Translations under genes and position numbers: made by a program
Notes under the pieces: model-generated
Databases searched by the model: none
Told to the model about the DNA's origin: nothing
The model's input: only the letters and a program-made list of their open reading frames with translations
Shown here: positions 9,199 to 18,815 of the stretch, one piece after another
Numbering within the stretch: the first letter of the stretch is position 1
How the letters are laid out: every line of letters starts with the position of its first letter
Virus record (IMG/VR): IMGVR_UViG_3300037470_000663
Location: 1 to 56,870 of that record
Strand: one strand, 5' to 3'
Length of the DNA stretch: 56,870 nucleotides
From: a virus
Lineage: Duplodnaviria; Caudoviricetes

Positions 9199-9708
9199 GT
9201 GATGTCCGTATATTTTATTCAATCAGGCGAGTTTGTGAAGATAGGTAAAACACGCGATCCGAAGTCCAGATTGCGGGAGCTTCAGGTGGGAAACCCGGAG
9301 CGGCTGCGGATCCTCTGTGTCATTCCCGGCGGTGAAGAAGTTGAAAAAGAGTTTCACCGCAAGTTTAACCATTTGCGGCGGGGTGGGGAGTGGTTTATCT
9401 ATACCCAAGAGATAGACGACTTGATCGCGCTTCTTTCGGTTGCCTTTGATGGATATGCCCCGCCTGTGCGGGTTGAAGTAGAGACGCGGGTAAAGCGCAA
9501 ACAGGGCAAGAGAAACAGAGTTGTTTACACCGATAAAAACGGCCGCCGATTAGAGGTTAATTCAAACGGTCGTTATCGCTGGCGCTGGCAGATAAAAGAT
9601 ATCAATGGGAATCCGATTATTACGCCATCGGGGAATTACAAGCGGGGAAGTGAATACGTAGGCAGCTTAACGGATCAGGAGCTGGCAATTATTACCAGAG
9701 CAGATTAA
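9199..9708 (+). CDS. T5orf172/GIY-YIG-family protein
   Basis: VYFIQ...VKIGKT.DP..RL..LQ.GNP...E...H..F...R..GEWF signature. Confidence 0.88.
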   Translation: MMSVYFIQSGEFVKIGKTRDPKSRLRELQVGNPERLRILCVIPGGEEVEKEFHRKFNHLRRGGEWFIYTQEIDDLIALLSVAFDGYAPPVRVEVETRVKRKQGKRNRVVYTDKNGRRLEVNSNGRYRWRWQIKDINGNPIITPSGNYKRGSEYVGSLTDQELAIITRAD

Positions 9709-9794
9709 CCACGGCCGCACGGCCGTCCCCCGCACCTCACACAACAGGGCAGGGGGAAACGGCCGTCTTACCAAAGGAAACCAAAGGAGACAAA

Positions 9795-10199
9795 ATGACC
9801 GAACCAAAACCAACCTACCAAACCTGCGAACACAGCGCCGCCGTAGTCATGGCGGACCACGGCCCCGTCACGCTGCTAGAATGCGACTGGGGCTGCGGCC
9901 AGACACTCATCAACGTGACCGATGAAAACGGCATCAGCTACCAGTTTACGGCCGCTGAGCTGCTGACGATTGCGAGCCAGGCGGGAACGTTTAAGGGTCA
10001 GGTGATTGAGTATGAAAATACATGGCTTGCAATCAACAGAGAGATCGCATTACTTGAGGACTTCATGGAAAAAGATGACACTTGGGAGAATGCGGACCTG
10101 GAAGATTTATACCAGTTTGACCCGTGGGCTTGTTTGCGTAAATCGCTGGAGTTTATGAAAGAGGCGCGGCGATTGAACGCGCAGAGAGGCGAAAAATGA
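9795..10199 (+). CDS. Hypothetical protein
   Basis: AAAGGAG RBS; Cys/His near the N-terminus. Confidence 0.65.
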   Translation: MTEPKPTYQTCEHSAAVVMADHGPVTLLECDWGCGQTLINVTDENGISYQFTAAELLTIASQAGTFKGQVIEYENTWLAINREIALLEDFMEKDDTWENADLEDLYQFDPWACLRKSLEFMKEARRLNAQRGEK

Positions 10200-10356
10200 C
10201 CATTTGCGAAGATTGCGGAGACGATTGCCGCCGCCGCAAGCGCTGCCCCAGCTGCGGGTGCTTGATTTGCTCTTGGTGTTGGCACCATACGCATAAAATA
10301 TATGTCGAAGAAGAAAGGCGACGGGAGCGGGAAACGGCCGTTTCCCAGGAGGCGAC

Positions 10357-10680
10357 ATGAAGGAATCAAGAATAACGCCAAGTGTAATAAAAAGTCGCCT
10401 AGCTTCGTGGCAATATGTAGCAAAAGCCATTATTGATGGCTTGAACGGAGAACCGTTCTCCTGGGGCGGCGGGGAGTTTCAGGCATATCGGCTCAAAGCT
10501 GAAGCGATGGGCATCACTTTAGTGACAAAAACCGCAATCGAAAAGCGGGGAAGGCGCCTGAAGCGCGGTGTGAAACCCGTAGGCGAGGGATATTTCTACG
10601 CTCCCATCTCCAGACGTGCCAAGCTGTATGTACTAGAGTGCCAAACGGCCGTTTCCCAGGAGGCCACCGATGCGAATTAA
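10357..10680 (+). CDS. Hypothetical protein
   Basis: AGGAGG RBS. Confidence 0.65.
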   Translation: MKESRITPSVIKSRLASWQYVAKAIIDGLNGEPFSWGGGEFQAYRLKAEAMGITLVTKTAIEKRGRRLKRGVKPVGEGYFYAPISRRAKLYVLECQTAVSQEATDAN

Positions 10681-11140
10681 GGCCATCACCCTCTGGAACC
10701 CCTGGGCGCTGCTCATGGCGGCCGGCGCTAAAACCATCGAAACCCGCTCCTGGGCCACCGGCTACAAAGGCCCGCTGGCCATTCACGCTGCCAAAAAGAA
10801 GGACACAGACATCCTCAACTACTGGACACAACCCGCCTATCGCGACGTCCTGGAAGCGGCCGGATTCGGCGAGCCGGATGACCAGTTCTTTGGCTGCATT
10901 GTGGCCGTGGTCAACCTGCAAGGCTGTTGGCCCAGCGAGAAGCTGCGCGCCCGGCTGGAGGAAACCGGTCGGCAAGAAGAGATACTATTTGGCAACTATG
11001 CCCCCGGCCGTTACGGCTGGGTGACAAACGAGCTGAGAAAGCTAAAACGGCAGATCCCCGCCAAAGGTGCGCAGGGTCTCTGGTACTGGACGGTGCCGCA
11101 CAATCTGGTACGGCCGTTGGGTTTGCAGGAGGCATCATGA
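10670..11140 (+). CDS. ASCH-domain protein
   Basis: AITLWNPWALLMAAGAKTIETRSW..YKGPLAIHAAK...GRYGW...KGAQGLW. Confidence 0.92.
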   Translation: MRIKAITLWNPWALLMAAGAKTIETRSWATGYKGPLAIHAAKKKDTDILNYWTQPAYRDVLEAAGFGEPDDQFFGCIVAVVNLQGCWPSEKLRARLEETGRQEEILFGNYAPGRYGWVTNELRKLKRQIPAKGAQGLWYWTVPHNLVRPLGLQEAS

Positions 11141-11715
11141 GCACCGCCACCAAAACCCCGCTCGCCGCCGCCCAGCAAACGGCCGGGCACATTCTCGAAG
11201 CGCTGAACCCATTCTGCCACCGCATTGCCGTAGCTGGCAGCATCCGCCGCCAACGGCCGCAAATTGGCGACATTGAAATCGTGGCCCTGCCCCAGCGCCA
11301 AACCGACTTGCTGGGCATCACTGTGCCCGGCCTCATGCCCATCGAGGCGTTTCTGCAGGAACGGGGCGTGAATATCATCAAAGGCGGCTACGACCCAAAG
11401 AAAAAGACGCTCCAGAAATATATCCAGTTTCAATACGGCCGTTACGCCGTCGATCTCTTCATGCCCGAATCGCCAGCCCACTGGGGCAGCGTCTTTACCA
11501 TTCGCACCGGCAGCCATGACTTTAATATGTGGCTCATGAACACCCGCGCCCCGGCGGTGAGCATCAAGTTTATCGGCGGCCTGCTCTACACCTGGCAGCG
11601 CCAGCTCATCCCTACGCCAGAGGAGGGGGATGTGTTTGAGGCACTGCAAATGGAGTTTGTGCCGCCAGGGGCGCGGGATAATAATAAGTGGTTGGGGTAT
11701 GTGCGCGAAGCGTGA
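11137..11715 (+). CDS. Minimal family X DNA polymerase / Pol beta-like nucleotidyltransferase
   Basis: VAGSIRR...GDIEIV, VDLF, TIRTGSHDFN, EE.DVF..L...FVPP..R; ATGA coupling to ASCH. Confidence 0.85.
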   Translation: MSTATKTPLAAAQQTAGHILEALNPFCHRIAVAGSIRRQRPQIGDIEIVALPQRQTDLLGITVPGLMPIEAFLQERGVNIIKGGYDPKKKTLQKYIQFQYGRYAVDLFMPESPAHWGSVFTIRTGSHDFNMWLMNTRAPAVSIKFIGGLLYTWQRQLIPTPEEGDVFEALQMEFVPPGARDNNKWLGYVREA

Positions 11716-11886
11716 AACGGCCGTTGAGACCTGTCTGAGCAAGCATATCTACCGCAGCGCCAGGGAGGCTCGGCGCATGGCGGCAAAAAACACCCGATTG
11801 CGAGGCATTGTGTTCACCGCCTACCGCTGCCCGGTTTGCTATTGGTGGCACCTGACCAGCGGCGGCTATGTCAAGTAAGGATAAAA

Positions 11887-12153
11887 ATGAGCGGAGAATA
11901 TTTAGTCACCACCGGCTACGGCGCAAAAGCAAAAGAGCCGTATGTCGAAGTCGAAGCACCCCAGCTGCGCGTCCAGATGACCCCAGAGAATGCCCGCGCT
12001 CTGGCGCTCAATTTGTTGCAAGCGGCCGAAGCTGCCTACAGCGATGCCTTCCTGGTCGAATTCACGGTCTATGCCGCCGGCGGTAGCATGAATGAGGCGG
12101 CGGGCTTGCTGATTGAGTACCGGAAATGGCGCGAGCAAAAGCAGAGCTGGTGA
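11887..12153 (+). CDS. Hypothetical protein
   Basis: AAGGA RBS before ATG 11887. Confidence 0.55.
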   Translation: MSGEYLVTTGYGAKAKEPYVEVEAPQLRVQMTPENARALALNLLQAAEAAYSDAFLVEFTVYAAGGSMNEAAGLLIEYRKWREQKQSW

Positions 12154-12283
12154 ATTAAAACGGCCGTTCTAATTCTGGTTGACACTTTGGCGGAGGCGGT
12201 TGACAGTTCTACCTTGTGCATTTGTACCAATACGGTACAATTACCCTAATTCAGTAATCAATAAGCGGCACGGAGAAATGAAA

Positions 12284-12706
12284 ATGAACGGTCGAGAAAC
12301 AGCCAACAAATTGCAAGAAAAATACCCCACAATGGAAATTGATTTTAATAAAGTTCGTAATCAAATCAATGTGTACGGATTCCATACCCTGGAAGATGCC
12401 ACACAAGCACGTGCCGAAATGGAAGCATTGGGATTCGAGCTAGGTCCTAATGGTGGACGGTTGAAAATTGAAGAAAAAGAAGAAGAAATCGAAATCCCTC
12501 ACGGCGTCACGGTACAGGATGCGGCATGGTTGGAAATGACGCCAGAGCAACGGCGTGATTCAATCGCCAATGATAAAAATATCGCGCTGGCACAGGATAA
12601 TGCTCAGATGCGATACGAAAGCGGTAATCTGTCAGATGAGGCAGTAATCGCCAGAATGTGGAGGCCTCGCTACGAAGCCGCAATGAAATATTTAGCAAGT
12701 CAATAA
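12284..12706 (+). CDS. Hypothetical protein (AT-richer island)
   Basis: GGAG RBS; promoter-like TACAAT at 12236. Confidence 0.7.
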   Translation: MNGRETANKLQEKYPTMEIDFNKVRNQINVYGFHTLEDATQARAEMEALGFELGPNGGRLKIEEKEEEIEIPHGVTVQDAAWLEMTPEQRRDSIANDKNIALAQDNAQMRYESGNLSDEAVIARMWRPRYEAAMKYLASQ

Positions 12707-12734
12707 AATCAGCCGAAAGGCAAAGGAGATTAAA

Positions 12735-12965
12735 ATGTTTAATTGGGTGAAAGACAAATCTGCACAAGAGGCACAAGATAGTACGGTTGTTAGAGCAGCA
12801 GTCGATGTCGTTTTCTCGGAAAAATACGGCGCAGATACTCAGCGCGACGGTAATCTAGAGTATGCACAAATGAGAGAGGCAGCGGCAAAGGCGGCGCAGC
12901 CGGTAATTAGTGACAAGTGGTCATCCCACGATGACATTTATCAAGCAGCAAAGAAAGCAATTTAG
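12735..12965 (+). CDS. Hypothetical protein
   Basis: AAAGGAG RBS. Confidence 0.7.
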   Translation: MFNWVKDKSAQEAQDSTVVRAAVDVVFSEKYGADTQRDGNLEYAQMREAAAKAAQPVISDKWSSHDDIYQAAKKAI

Positions 12966-13060
12966 TAATTGAAAATCCCCGCACGCGCCTTCGGGAAAAT
13001 CGCCACAGCGCAGAAAGACGGCGGGGCCAGAATCGCCATTTGCGATTGACAAGGAATCAT

Positions 13061-13303
13061 ATGAGCAAGCAAATCAGATACGGCACAGGTGACAAGGAAA
13101 AGTCCAGAGTAGCAAGCGTCACCCAGCGGCAAATTGTAGAGCTTGCCGCTCACCTAGACCTTACCCAAGCCAGCGTAATGCAAGAGGCCGTCAGCCGCCT
13201 ATGGATGCAAGAGATTTACGGCCAGCAAGAAAAGAAGCTGGCTGATTTACAAAAAGCATACGACGAGCTTTACGCCCATCATTGCGAAGTAATCAATCAA
13301 TAA
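13061..13303 (+). CDS. Ribbon-helix-helix-like small regulator
   Basis: QIVELAAHLDLTQASVMQEAVSRL helix-turn-helix after a short strand; coiled-coil tail. Confidence 0.55.
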   Translation: MSKQIRYGTGDKEKSRVASVTQRQIVELAAHLDLTQASVMQEAVSRLWMQEIYGQQEKKLADLQKAYDELYAHHCEVINQ

Positions 13304-13353
13304 TCAGCCCGACCAGCCCTCGCAGTCGGTGAAAGGGGTAAAAGGAAATTGAA

Positions 13354-13551
13354 GTGTATAAATTCCAAGATGCAAATACAAGATTTGAATGTGATGACTG
13401 CGGGATGGTTGTTTCCCAATCCCGCCTCACCCCCGTCCAGTGGGCCACGGGGTCTACTGGTGCAGTATGCGAAAGCTGCGCTAAAAATTACGGCCCAACA
13501 GTGACAAGCGCAGACGGAATGGCGCAGGCCAGATGGCCAAAAGAGAAATAG
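13354..13551 (+). CDS. Small zinc-ribbon protein
   Basis: CDDC...CESC; AAAGGA RBS. Confidence 0.65.
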   Translation: MYKFQDANTRFECDDCGMVVSQSRLTPVQWATGSTGAVCESCAKNYGPTVTSADGMAQARWPKEK

Positions 13552-13557
13552 CAGCAC

Positions 13558-13585
13558 AGCCCGGCCTAACCCGCCGGGCTTTTTT
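13558..13585 (+). terminator. Intrinsic terminator ending the rightward early region
   Basis: AGCCCGGC-7 nt-GCCGGGCT followed by a T run, at the convergence point. Confidence 0.8.
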
Positions 13586-13975
13586 CTTGCCAAATCAACG
13601 CCCGGGCCACCTCCCCCAAAAACGGCCGTTCCCCCCACTTCTCGCAGCCACACCGCACAATCCACCGCGCCAGATTGCGCTGGTGGGAGGGCGGCAATAG
13701 CGGCTGTTCATCCCCCAGTACATCGGCCGCCAACTGGGCCAGGTCGGGCAGGGCGGCCGATTCCAGCCGGATAAAATCGCCCAGATGGTGTTCCGGTTCG
13801 GCGTCGGTGAGCACACGGCCGTAACCGCTGCCTCTGTGGTAGATTTTGAGGACGCGCAAGGTACGCTTTCTCCTTCGGTTGTCCGGTTGTCCGGTTGCCC
13901 GGTTGTTGATACGGCCGTATGCGCCCCGCTGCTTTGTTGCCAGGCGCACCCCTCACGGCCGGTAGGGCTATGCTA

Positions 13976-16324
13976 CTACCCCAGACACCCAATCACCTCC
14001 CGCTTGATATCCGGCCGCTGCCCCGGCCCGTGCTCCTCGCTAATCTGTGAGCTGCCCCACTGCGAGATCCATTTCACACGGCCGTATCCCGCACACCAGA
14101 ACTGCCGTTCGCTGTTCTCCTGCACCTCCAGTACGTTTGCCAAAATAATGCCGTTGGCAAACGTCATAGATTCATGGAGCGCTACGATGGTGGTCACGTT
14201 CTCAGCGGCCCCGCTGTTCTCAGCGTGCGGCTGGCAGTTGTCCTTGCGGTAAAACTGCACCGTATGCCCACCATCTCGGAACGTTTCACCGATGGCCATG
14301 AACCGCTTGTATTTCGGTGCCATGCCTGAATTCTTGCGGATTTTATAATAGCGCGCTGTGCCGTCGCTGGCGTCGGCCGGTGATGTGTCTGTGTCCAGGC
14401 AGATGACATCCTCGATCGCCCCGTCCACCACCATTTTTACCAGCCGCCATAGCTCATAATGGCCTTCGTTTTCGCCTTTGGCGATGTACCAGGCGTTGGC
14501 ATCCGTCGCGTGAGCCTGGGCCTGGTTGCGCTCCTGACCGCCGCCCCCGTGCTGCATCTCGAAGATACGGCCGTCGCCGCGCAGGAAGGTGAGCATGTCT
14601 AATTTTTGTGGTTCTGGTTTTGGATCAGGCTCGGGTTCTGCAATCTCGCCACCCACCACATACGGCAGCCACGCCGTCCACGTGTTGCCGGGGCATTGCG
14701 TTTGCGCCCCGGGAAACTGGCGGTGGCCTGCTGCCTCATCAATCGTTGGGACTAGTTGTTTCAGGTGGCTGACCAGCCGTCGGGCTGAATCAAGCATCGC
14801 CTGCGCAGGCGGCTGATCGGTAAAATTTCCGCGCAGTGCCACGCCAATGGATCGCGTGTTGTTGTTGGCGACGTGCGTACCCAGCTTGTCGAGCGGAATG
14901 GTTTGGTAAATTTCGCCGCCGTGGTCAACGACGAAATGATAACCAATTCCCGGCCAGCCAAGCGACAAATGATAATCATGCACCTGCTGGATCGTGCTGT
15001 TGCTGGCAAAATGATGAATAGCAATGGCGTCGATTTGGTCGAGTGTTCGACTGTAGCGGGCGAAGGCCAGTGGTAAATTGTTGACGATGTTAATTATTTC
15101 AATCTGGGGTGGCTTCCCTTCAAAATAACCAATGCTGTATTTGTAGCCCCGACTAGCAAAGTAATCCACCACGTCATCGGGGAATCGCTCAGGCTCCCAG
15201 ATGCGCACCTCGGACACCTTTTTGCCCTCTGGATTCTCCCCACGGCCGTGGGCCACAATCAATTCGGCGTCATCGTGTGAAAACACAAAGGAATTTTTGG
15301 CCGCATTGAACTGCCGGGCAACGGCCGCTATTTCGTCGTCTGTTGTATCCTGCGGCAGCAGGTGGACAAAGCGTCCCAGGTCTAAATATAAATCGCATTC
15401 TTTTGGTTCCATTGGCTCTTCCACCTCCGGTGGTGTCCAGCGTGGCAGCGTGGCCTGTTCTAAATAGGGAACAAGTGCCTTCATGTGCTGGGTGTAATCT
15501 GAATTAAAATCCTTGTAGGTGCCCATCTGCCACCAGCACAGCCCGATCGCCATGTCGGCATAAGGCAGCAGCAGCTGTTCCAACCGCTTTACTTGCTTTT
15601 CAAAAAACGGGTAATCGGCCACACCGTAGCCACCAAACAGCCCGGCCTCGGTCAACACCACGCCGCCGCCGTAGCCCTGCGACCGCAGGTATTCCAGCTC
15701 AGCCAGCACCCGCGCCGTCTGGCCAGGGTTCACCGCGCCGGCGTCATTGACAAACCAGTCGGCGTACAGGTGACGGCCGTAAATATTGCCGCCCGATTCC
15801 CACGCCTCCACAATGAACGGCGCGCAGATTTGCTTCCACAACTCAAAGCTGCCAGGGCTACCCCCGGCCAGATTCAGGATGCAGCATTTACGGCCGTCGG
15901 CGTTGGCAGCCTGCATGATGGCTCGCTCGATGTCTACCAGCCGCTGCAATTTAACGGGCACGTCGGCCCCTTCGCCGCCGCCCTGCTCGTTGCAAATCTG
16001 GTAATAGTCGGCGGGGTTCACCGCCCACGCCTCCTTGTGATTGCGCCAGCCCAGACTGCCGTCTGGCAGTTCGGATTGTTTGGTGCGTTCGCTGTACCAG
16101 TAACGGCCGTAAATTTCCCAGGTCACGGAGGTCGACGGTACAAACGAGTCAAAGTCCGGCGGCGCTTCGCCGTTGGGGAAAACGCGGGTGTCGCGCACAA
16201 TCCGGATTGTGTCCGGGTGCTGCTCGCCCGTGCCCAAGCCCGCGCCGTTGAGGTACAGCCCGGCCCGGCTGGGGATCTGTTTGACGCCGCCGGTGCGGGT
16301 GTGAATGCCAATCAGTGATGCCAT
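13976..16324 (-). CDS. Modular endolysin: N-terminal glycoside-hydrolase-like domain, Amidase_2 domain, C-terminal domain
   Basis: IAIHH...GIGYHFVV...GTHVANNNTRSIGVALRGNF...GHR...TQCPG amidase motifs; ICNE and LTEAG suggest a clan GH-A barrel. Confidence 0.85.
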   Translation of the reverse strand: MASLIGIHTRTGGVKQIPSRAGLYLNGAGLGTGEQHPDTIRIVRDTRVFPNGEAPPDFDSFVPSTSVTWEIYGRYWYSERTKQSELPDGSLGWRNHKEAWAVNPADYYQICNEQGGGEGADVPVKLQRLVDIERAIMQAANADGRKCCILNLAGGSPGSFELWKQICAPFIVEAWESGGNIYGRHLYADWFVNDAGAVNPGQTARVLAELEYLRSQGYGGGVVLTEAGLFGGYGVADYPFFEKQVKRLEQLLLPYADMAIGLCWWQMGTYKDFNSDYTQHMKALVPYLEQATLPRWTPPEVEEPMEPKECDLYLDLGRFVHLLPQDTTDDEIAAVARQFNAAKNSFVFSHDDAELIVAHGRGENPEGKKVSEVRIWEPERFPDDVVDYFASRGYKYSIGYFEGKPPQIEIINIVNNLPLAFARYSRTLDQIDAIAIHHFASNSTIQQVHDYHLSLGWPGIGYHFVVDHGGEIYQTIPLDKLGTHVANNNTRSIGVALRGNFTDQPPAQAMLDSARRLVSHLKQLVPTIDEAAGHRQFPGAQTQCPGNTWTAWLPYVVGGEIAEPEPDPKPEPQKLDMLTFLRGDGRIFEMQHGGGGQERNQAQAHATDANAWYIAKGENEGHYELWRLVKMVVDGAIEDVICLDTDTSPADASDGTARYYKIRKNSGMAPKYKRFMAIGETFRDGGHTVQFYRKDNCQPHAENSGAAENVTTIVALHESMTFANGIILANVLEVQENSERQFWCAGYGRVKWISQWGSSQISEEHGPGQRPDIKREVIGCLG

Positions 16325-16813
16325 TTAATCAATCTCCTCAATGCGTGTCATGTCGATGGCCCAGTCCCACACCAGGCCATACACCGGTTCGCCTGTCAAA
16401 ATATCAACGGGGATGATCCAAAGCCCGTACCGCTCATGGAAAAACGGCCGTCTGTAATCCTCATCCCCAAAATTATCAAAGCAAGCCACCGCCCGCGCCT
16501 CGCCCTGCCAAGTGAACGATACGGCCGTTGTCCAGCTATCCCACCCCTCATACAATTTTGTCCAATCCTGAATGCAGCCAGCCACGCGCCATTCATGATC
16601 GGCGCTGGTGGGGTAGAGATTGGCATAGCGTTCCGGCTCGCCGTTGGCCTGGCCGCCGTAGGGCAGGGGGTTGCCGTCGCTGTCGAAAAACCAATAGTTC
16701 GTCAGGCTCAGCGGCATTTGGCTGATAGGCGGTGGAACCGTTACCGCCTCCACTGAACCGGACAGCAGCATGATGGCACATACGGCCGCCGTTTCACAGA
16801 GTGTCAATATCAT
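16325..16813 (-). CDS. Secreted hypothetical protein in the lysis region
   Basis: Signal-peptide-like N-terminus; abuts the endolysin start. Confidence 0.65.
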   Translation of the reverse strand: MILTLCETAAVCAIMLLSGSVEAVTVPPPISQMPLSLTNYWFFDSDGNPLPYGGQANGEPERYANLYPTSADHEWRVAGCIQDWTKLYEGWDSWTTAVSFTWQGEARAVACFDNFGDEDYRRPFFHERYGLWIIPVDILTGEPVYGLVWDWAIDMTRIEEID

Positions 16814-16943
16814 TTGCGCCTCGTTGCCAGCGTGACAATGATGCCAGCGCCCAGCAGCAGCAAAAGGACGATGCCAATCGGCGGGCAGATGTCCGCTAGG
16901 ATATTCAGTAGTTCGATTTGCTGACCGGTTTGTGCGATCATCA

Positions 16944-17288
16944 TTACCCTTGCTCGCCGTCTGGCGTCAAACGCCACACATATTTGGGCCGGTCGCCTTC
17001 CAGAAAACTAGCGAACCCGTTCGGTCCATCTAGTGTTTTTTGCCGATAAAAACCCAGAACCAATGAGCGAATCTTGGCCTGCTTTGTATCTCCGCTGAGG
17101 GATTCATAATCAATCCCGATGTCAAAGCAAAACTGAGCCAGTTCATCTTCGTTGTATGCACGCTTCATCGTAGCCGCTACGTGTCTAGCCAACTCTTTTT
17201 GCTGCTCCTCACGCAGCCGACCGGTGTCTGTTTCCCGCCGAGGAATGATAAAAATGCCGCTTTCGGACTCAGAAACAACGGCCGTCAC
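16944..17288 (-). CDS. Stand-alone effector-associated domain (EAD7-like) protein
   Basis: YNEDELAQFCFDIGIDYESLSGDTKQAKIRSLV...RP..W resembles the EAD7 pattern as recalled. Confidence 0.7.
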   Translation of the reverse strand: MTAVVSESESGIFIIPRRETDTGRLREEQQKELARHVAATMKRAYNEDELAQFCFDIGIDYESLSGDTKQAKIRSLVLGFYRQKTLDGPNGFASFLEGDRPKYVWRLTPDGEQG

Positions 17289-17602
17289 CTCTCTTGCGAC
17301 TGCTGTATCGTGTTCCAGCGCTGTAAAACGCTCCTCGTATGATTCAAATCTGCGACCGAGGCGGATAGCCAGCTTTTGAATCCAGTCGGCAAGGCGGGCA
17401 ACTTTTTTTTTGTACCCTCGCTACGGCTAAGAACCACGGCCAGCCCGCCGCCAATTTCATCCACCTGGCGCTCGACGGTTTCCAGCCGGTCGCTTATTTC
17501 CTTCTCGAACGCCTGGAAACGACTATCAATACGTTTATCAAGCCGCATCACGGTGAGCGACAACCGCTCGACGGCCCGGATTAATTCCTCGCCGTCACTC
17601 AT
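17285..17602 (-). CDS. Coiled-coil hypothetical protein
   Basis: Heptad pattern; coupled to its neighbours. Confidence 0.65.
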   Translation of the reverse strand: MSDGEELIRAVERLSLTVMRLDKRIDSRFQAFEKEISDRLETVERQVDEIGGGLAVVLSRSEGTKKKLPALPTGFKSWLSASVADLNHTRSVLQRWNTIQQSQER

Positions 17603-17921
17603 CAGTCGCCTTCTCCAGATTGTCAATTACCGATTGCATCATGGCTACCTGCGCGAGCAGCTGATACTTCTCTTCCTTCAGGTGGTCACACGCCTGCTCT
17701 AGCTGTGCCGCCTTTTCGGCCCGCAAAGTCGCCACTTCCCGCTGTGTGCGGGCGATGGTTTCCGCATCTGCCAGCCTGTATTTCGCCTTCTCCAGCTCCC
17801 GGCGCAACTGAATAGCCGTCGCCATGTCCAGACGTGACAGTGCTTTTTCAACGGCCACATCCACAATCTGGATAAGTCGTTTTTCGGTGATTACTAAAAT
17901 CTGCTCTTCGCCGTTTGCCAT
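17595..17921 (-). CDS. Coiled-coil hypothetical protein
   Basis: Heptad pattern; GGAG RBS. Confidence 0.65.
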   Translation of the reverse strand: MANGEEQILVITEKRLIQIVDVAVEKALSRLDMATAIQLRRELEKAKYRLADAETIARTQREVATLRAEKAAQLEQACDHLKEEKYQLLAQVAMMQSVIDNLEKATDE

Positions 17922-18011
17922 GCGAGCTCCGATGTACGGCCGTTTACTCCATTGCCGCTTCTATTTTCAATAGTTGATAAAATGCCTTGCACATGTTTGC
18001 GCGCGAACGTA

Positions 18012-18815
18012 TTACGCCACTGCCTCCAGGTAATTCACGTGCTCCTGGTCCGGCAGCTCGGCAATCGTAAATGCCTGATTGTTGATGGTGAGCGTGTACA
18101 CGCCGCCGCCCACGTGGGCCACGTCGCGCCGCACGTAAAAGAAAAAGAAGCCGTCGGCATCGGTCTGGGCAGATTCGGTGGTTTTTAGAATCCCCTCGCC
18201 GGTGTCCTGCCCGTAGTCGTCAGCCTCATTGATCGCCAGCTGCACCGCGATGTTCTCCTCTGGGTTGCCTTGAATATCTTCCATCACACCCCACAGCGTG
18301 ATGAGGTTGTTGGTGGGGGGCAGGGGAGGATTCACGGCCGTGGCCTCGGCCGCCACGCTCGCATCGCTGCCCTGCACCCGCGTCACCCGATAGCGGATGA
18401 CGTAGCGTTCGGCGGCGTAGGTGGGCGTGTCGGCGTGGGACTCGTGCACTGCGTACACGGCCGCGCCGGTGAGGTGGGCCTGGGGGATGGTGCCGCCCAC
18501 GCCGCGCGTCACGCCGCTGAAGGTATTGGATGCTTTGCCCGCCAGCAGAATCATTTCCTTGTCGACAATGATGTAATCGCCATCGGCAAAGTTGGTGGCG
18601 TCGGTCATCGTCAGGCTGGTGGCCTCGGCCGTCAACGCCCCGTCCAGCGTCGTTTCGTACGGCACATAGCTACCGTCGCCCCGGTCGGTGCTGTTCAGCG
18701 GCGAGGCCGCCAGCTCGGCAAAGGTACCACTGGTGGTTTCATCGCTGTCGATTTGGTAGTCGGTGCTGGCATCGGCGTCGGTTGCCGCTGGCCAGCGAAT
18801 CGTTACGTCAGTCAT
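18012..18815 (-). CDS. Putative virion protein (beta-rich, tail-associated)
   Basis: TTLDGALTAEATSLT...VTRGVGGT...H..GA.V motif common in tail proteins; position in tail operon. Confidence 0.6.
   Translation of the reverse strand: MTDVTIRWPAATDADASTDYQIDSDETTSGTFAELAASPLNSTDRGDGSYVPYETTLDGALTAEATSLTMTDATNFADGDYIIVDKEMILLAGKASNTFSGVTRGVGGTIPQAHLTGAAVYAVHESHADTPTYAAERYVIRYRVTRVQGSDASVAAEATAVNPPLPPTNNLITLWGVMEDIQGNPEENIAVQLAINEADDYGQDTGEGILKTTESAQTDADGFFFFYVRRDVAHVGGGVYTLTINNQAFTIAELPDQEHVNYLEAVA

Noticed and set aside
13566-13949. 127-aa - strand ORF after the endolysin
   Set aside because: Start uncertain, N-terminus runs through simple repeats (CCGGTTGT) and the end overlaps the terminator; may be real but not supportable here.
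16810-16943. Tiny hydrophobic ORF as holin
   Set aside because: Position fits, but about 44 aa with one TM segment is too little evidence.
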